DNA of 64,000 nucleotides from a virus (Duplodnaviria; Caudoviricetes): IMG/VR virus record IMGVR_UViG_3300020079_000007, positions 32,001 to 96,000 of that record; one strand, 5' to 3'. Shown piece by piece: positions 59,958 to 64,000 of this stretch (position 1 is its first letter; each line of letters starts with the position of its first letter). The notes under the pieces were generated by a model. It saw only the letters and a program-made list of their open reading frames with translations, ran no database searches and was not told where the DNA came from. The position numbers and the translations under genes were made by a program.

Positions 59958-60941
59958 ATGCTTTACATTATTGGCGATTTGCATCTTTCTGCAATGAATC
60001 CTTGGAACTATGAAATAAGTGAAAACTTTATAAAGTGGTTTGAGACTTGGGTTGCGAATACCAAAAAAGAAGATTCCAACCCACATCTTCTTTGGCTTGG
60101 TGATATTACTGAAAAGGATGTCAACCCAGGTGATGTTATCGACCAAGAGTTTCGTATCTTCCAAATATGTTCAAATAACTTCATAACAACCCACGTCATA
60201 ATGGGCAATCACGACATCAAGTTGTATCGCCAAAAAGCACAGCACTCTTTGAAGTTCTTACGCAACTTTCCTAATGTAAGTGTCGTTGATAAACCTATTG
60301 ATGTTAACATCTCAAATACAAAAGTAAGAATGCTTCCTCACGTCAGAGTTCAAGGCCGCACTCTTTCAGAATATTATTCTACAATGACTTTCAGAACTGA
60401 TGTTGATTTGGTTGTAGGGCACTGGAATAAATATGACCCAAGTTCACCAATTCAAGGCGGAGTTAAAACAGATAATATGAGAACAAAAGCTTTGTGTCTT
60501 GGCCACGTTCATACAAGAACAGACCCAGATTACACAGGCTCAGTTTTTCCAAATAAAGTTGATGAAGTAGGTCAGAGAGTTATAAAAGTTTTTAATGATG
60601 GCGCTTTTGTAAAAGAGATTGAACTTCCTCAGTTTGTATCTTACGACACAATTGAATATCCTAAAGAGATTGTTGAGCCTCAAGATGGTAAAGTTCATAT
60701 TTATACTGTAGAGGGTATTTCAAACATCACAGCAGCAAAGTCATTTTACAAAGATCACTTTATTCGTGGTGTTCTTTTAAAGAAGATTGATAAAGACCAA
60801 ACAACAGGATTTATCTCTGATGATGTCTTTATGTATAAAGATAATTATCAGGCTTTTAATGATTGGCTTAAAGAAACAAAATACCCACTTTCAAGAAAAG
60901 CTGCTGCTATTCTGACACAATTGTTGAAAAAGACTTCTTAG
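59958..60941 (+). CDS. SbcD/Mre11-like metallophosphoesterase (gp47-like)
   Basis: GDLH, LGD, GNHD, GHVH. Confidence 0.85.
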   Translation: MLYIIGDLHLSAMNPWNYEISENFIKWFETWVANTKKEDSNPHLLWLGDITEKDVNPGDVIDQEFRIFQICSNNFITTHVIMGNHDIKLYRQKAQHSLKFLRNFPNVSVVDKPIDVNISNTKVRMLPHVRVQGRTLSEYYSTMTFRTDVDLVVGHWNKYDPSSPIQGGVKTDNMRTKALCLGHVHTRTDPDYTGSVFPNKVDEVGQRVIKVFNDGAFVKEIELPQFVSYDTIEYPKEIVEPQDGKVHIYTVEGISNITAAKSFYKDHFIRGVLLKKIDKDQTTGFISDDVFMYKDNYQAFNDWLKETKYPLSRKAAAILTQLLKKTS

Positions 60942-61281
60942 TCTGTTTTATCATTTTTCTTACGCCTTTTTGATTTCTTTTAAGTATGTTCAAAGTACAA
61001 TTGAAATCATAAAGGGCAACAGCAACTGGGAAACCTGCATCTTTCAAAAACTTGCGGTTATCCCAAACTTCTCTTTCAAGAGTCTTACCCATTTGAAACA
61101 ACAACATTAAATCGTTTGTGTTTAATCTTTCGAAGAAGAACTTATATTTCAAGAATGGGTCGTTTGTTGTCATTTCGTGGTTGTAAGCATAGTCGTTTAT
61201 TGATTTGCTACACTGTGCGGCAATTCGTTCAAGAGTGCTTTTACAAGTCAAGTTAATTACATCTGCTACTATGCTATCCAT
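60907..61281 (-). CDS. Hypothetical early protein
   Basis: ATG immediately after an early-class promoter. Confidence 0.5.
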   Translation of the reverse strand: MDSIVADVINLTCKSTLERIAAQCSKSINDYAYNHEMTTNDPFLKYKFFFERLNTNDLMLLFQMGKTLEREVWDNRKFLKDAGFPVAVALYDFNCTLNILKRNQKGVRKMIKQTKKSFSTIVSE

Positions 61282-61336
61282 AATTATAATATAAAAGAAA
61301 TCATCGTAAAGTTTAATGTTAATATATTTTCAAGTA

Positions 61337-61360
61337 TAAGGCAGTTCGGCCTTAGGGAGA
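61337..61360 (+). promoter_or_regulatory. Operator-like hairpin abutting the SD of the polymerase C-terminal fragment
   Basis: TAAGGC-AGTTCG-GCCTTA-GGGAGA. Confidence 0.6.
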
Positions 61361-61364
61361 TATA

Positions 61365-62417
61365 ATGTTAACGATTGATAAGTCAACTGAGTTGACTGTT
61401 CACGACTTTATTAAAAATAAAGAGTATAAGCCTTTCAAAGATTGGCGAACAGTTGCAAAAACTGAAAACTTCGGGTTACTTTTCGGTTGTTCAGCAGGAC
61501 GATTTGCTGTTATGTTGGAACAGGCAAACTTTACAGAAGCTGAATGTGAAGAGTATATCAAATTAAAAAATCTTACATCTGTTTATAACGCTGCACTTTC
61601 GAATGCAGGCGGTAAAAATCCAAAAGACGTTAAATTTGTTGTTGTTGCAGACGATATGCGTGAGTCATTCTTCAAGTCGTATGAAGGATTGATGGACCGT
61701 ATCAAACGAGAACAAATGTTTGCTCTTGCTCACGGTTATGTTCGAGCTTGGCACGGACCTGTTCGTCATCTTGCTGAACTTCGTTTTATGTCTGTAAATG
61801 ACCAAGGAAACTTGACAGGCGCTGACCGTTCTTTATATTCAAAGATGTTTGCTCACTTGTTAAACAACGCTTGTAACTCAACTATTCAATCAATGGAAGC
61901 CCGCATCGCTTTCTCAACTTGGTTGAATACTTCAAAGTATCTTGCTCTTTGGGGATTGAAATCATATTGTTGGAACAACATTCACGACTCTCTTGACTTT
62001 TATGTTTGGAAGCCAGAGTTGCAACTTGTTATGTCTTTGGCAAATGCTTGTGCTGCTTGGGACCGTGAACCTGTAAAAGGTATTCATATGTCTTTTGATG
62101 GAGAAGTTTCTGATGTTCAGGATTACGAACACCGCTGCAACACATACTATAAAGCGGGCGTAGGTTATGACCCACTTCCAATTGAAGAAGCAATCAAAAA
62201 CTATAATGCAAAGAATGGCACTAACCTTAAGTGGTATGGTTGTGATTGGCTTTATGATAAATATATGCCAAACAGAGATGAGTTTTATAAATACTACTGT
62301 AATCTTAATGGCAAGTTGAATGTTGATGAATTCATCAAATCTTGGGGCGGTGTAATTCCTGAAGGTGTTGAAGTTGTTGAAATGCAAAAGCCTGCTAGGA
62401 GAATAATCAATGGATAA
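61365..62417 (+). CDS. Family A DNA polymerase, C-terminal fragment (motifs B and C)
   Basis: RTVAKTENFGLLFG (B), NACNSTIQS, NIHDSL (C); motif A absent. Confidence 0.9.
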   Translation: MLTIDKSTELTVHDFIKNKEYKPFKDWRTVAKTENFGLLFGCSAGRFAVMLEQANFTEAECEEYIKLKNLTSVYNAALSNAGGKNPKDVKFVVVADDMRESFFKSYEGLMDRIKREQMFALAHGYVRAWHGPVRHLAELRFMSVNDQGNLTGADRSLYSKMFAHLLNNACNSTIQSMEARIAFSTWLNTSKYLALWGLKSYCWNNIHDSLDFYVWKPELQLVMSLANACAAWDREPVKGIHMSFDGEVSDVQDYEHRCNTYYKAGVGYDPLPIEEAIKNYNAKNGTNLKWYGCDWLYDKYMPNRDEFYKYYCNLNGKLNVDEFIKSWGGVIPEGVEVVEMQKPARRIING

Positions 62418-62652
62418 GAAGATACCTCACGAATGTAAAAAAGAATACACTGAAAAAGATGCCTATGCAGATTATGGTCGTCTTCTTGCAATGAGAGATT
62501 TGAGAATAAATCATTCTGAACTTGCTGATGACAATTGGTGCAATGATTACTTTATGGCAGTTGTCGATAATATGAGAAAGAACGGGTATGATGTTGATAT
62601 GATGCTTTACTTATATAAGAAGCAGGAAGACGGTTCTTGGGAGGCAATATAA
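62410..62652 (+). CDS. Hypothetical protein
   Basis: Coupled ORF. Confidence 0.55.
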   Translation: MDKKIPHECKKEYTEKDAYADYGRLLAMRDLRINHSELADDNWCNDYFMAVVDNMRKNGYDVDMMLYLYKKQEDGSWEAI

Positions 62653-63242
62653 TGGCAGCAACACGAAGAAGTAAGGCTGAGATTGAAGCAGAGAAAAAAG
62701 CAAAGCTTGAGCGTAAACTCGAAAGAGAAAGAAAAAAGGCTGAAAAGGAAGCTAAAGCAAAAGCTCGTGAAGAAAAGAAAGCTGCAAAAGAAGCAAAGTT
62801 GAAAGCAAAAGAAGAAGCTGCAAAAGCTAAAGAATTGCAAAAACTTGAAGATGAAAAAATTCAAAAGATTATTGATAAGCTTAAAGTTGGGAAAGAATAC
62901 GCCCAGCCTAAGCCTATGACAATAAAAGAAAAGGACTTGTGCAAAAAGATTTTGGAAGGCGCAGTTCTTTCAATTTGTAGTCAAACTTATGGTCAACATT
63001 CTTTTAACATTTTGTCACATAGAGGGAATGAATTCGTAATAAGCATTGATAGTATTTATTACTTTTACAACAAAGCAAAGAACACAGGCATAAACTTTGG
63101 AAGTGTTTTTGAAACTTGGCTTGAAAGTTGTAAAAGAATTCCTTGGACAGAGTCGGAGCCTTCAATATTGACTAATCAAGTCATTCAGATAACAGAGGGT
63201 GTTAATTTAACTACTACAAAGAAAAAGAGAGGTAAGAAATAA
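62652..63242 (+). CDS. Lys/Glu/Ala-rich protein
   Basis: Likely start MAATRRS; long charged helix. Confidence 0.55.
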   Translation: MAATRRSKAEIEAEKKAKLERKLERERKKAEKEAKAKAREEKKAAKEAKLKAKEEAAKAKELQKLEDEKIQKIIDKLKVGKEYAQPKPMTIKEKDLCKKILEGAVLSICSQTYGQHSFNILSHRGNEFVISIDSIYYFYNKAKNTGINFGSVFETWLESCKRIPWTESEPSILTNQVIQITEGVNLTTTKKKRGKK

Positions 63243-64000
63243 TGGCGTTTACGTTTGGGGGTATTCGCGAAAATACAAAAGCTAAGGACTTGCTTAAGCC
63301 GTCTGATATTCTCGATTATGTTATTGAAGATCACTTCGATGAAGATGAAAAAGATTATTTTATTTTCTTACTTGACAAGTTCCCTGCTGAAGATAAAAAG
63401 CAGCTTATCTTAAAACGTATCCGTGATGCGGGTTATCGTTCTTATAAAGTTTTAGTTGCTGTTGATTGCAAATATAAAGAAGATGACTTGAAGGGCGGAA
63501 GTATTGTTGAGTTTATGATGACTCACCGTTCAGGTTGGAGAAAAGATATTGATTGTGCAGGAACACATTGCCGCGCCATAATGGCTTTCGGTTGTGCTAT
63601 GTATTCAATCAACTGTTCTGCTGATATTTTGACAGGTGACTTTTATGATGATAAGATGTTAAGACCTTATTATTATATGGGTCACGAAATCTTCAAGTAT
63701 GATACTTATATATTCCCAGTTGATGGCATTGAAGAATTGTACCCAACAATTAAGTCATCATCTAATTCAGTGAATTATAAAACAAAGTTTTTCTACTCAC
63801 AGGTCTCAAGAATGCGTAAGACACCTTATGAATGGGAGCCAATGTTTTTATCATCTGACCCAAAGTTTATTTCAGTCAATTCAAAAGAAGAAGCAGACCA
63901 AGTATTCAAAGACAATATGGACAAGTACTTGGTTGCGTTCGATACTGAAACAAACGGCTTGAAGTTTTATGAAAATTATATTCACTGTCTTACAATTTGT
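63242..64000 (+). CDS. Family A DNA polymerase N-terminal part (UDG-like domain then 3'-5' exonuclease), truncated by the window edge
   Basis: Open for 253 codons; RAIMAFG...YIFP UDG-like; LVAFDTETNGL ExoI motif. Confidence 0.7.
   Translation, partial: MAFTFGGIRENTKAKDLLKPSDILDYVIEDHFDEDEKDYFIFLLDKFPAEDKKQLILKRIRDAGYRSYKVLVAVDCKYKEDDLKGGSIVEFMMTHRSGWRKDIDCAGTHCRAIMAFGCAMYSINCSADILTGDFYDDKMLRPYYYMGHEIFKYDTYIFPVDGIEELYPTIKSSSNSVNYKTKFFYSQVSRMRKTPYEWEPMFLSSDPKFISVNSKEEADQVFKDNMDKYLVAFDTETNGLKFYENYIHCLTIC

Noticed and set aside
3287-62864. Numerous short antisense or overlapping ORFs in the track (e.g. 3287..3610, 14509..14886, 20268..20657, 62607..62864)
   Set aside because: Shadows of well-supported genes on the other strand or frame, with no RBS or motifs.

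Overview
This window is a 64 kb, AT-rich segment of a large T4-like (jumbo-type) myophage in the standard genetic code. The host is most likely a spirochete (Treponema-like), because the phage encodes a spirochete-type FlaB flagellin and a FlaA sheath protein. Gene order is scrambled. Structural genes: gp23-like major capsid, gp20-like portal, tail tube-like and fibre-like proteins. Replication and repair: DnaB, DnaC-like loader, SSB, SbcC/SbcD, 5'-3' exonuclease, SNF2 helicase, resolvase, half of an NAD ligase. Also present: nucleotide-modification enzymes, a tmRNA, four homing endonucleases, a solo-TnpB IS200/IS605 element and a related non-coding mini-element. Top findings: (1) a family A DNA polymerase split into three separately expressed genes, joined at apparent degenerate split-intein-like docking tags, with two pieces sharing a covarying operator hairpin; (2) a ~400-nt structured RNA behind the tmRNA with four GUUU-hairpin-UGGYGG units complementary to tRNA CCA ends; (3) a phage flaB+flaA periplasmic flagellum module; (4) two small proteins that copy the Gol-peptide-equivalent segment of the capsid protein; (5) HNH endonucleases that appear to have replaced the ends of their target genes. 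All calls come from motifs recognised by eye. No searches were run.
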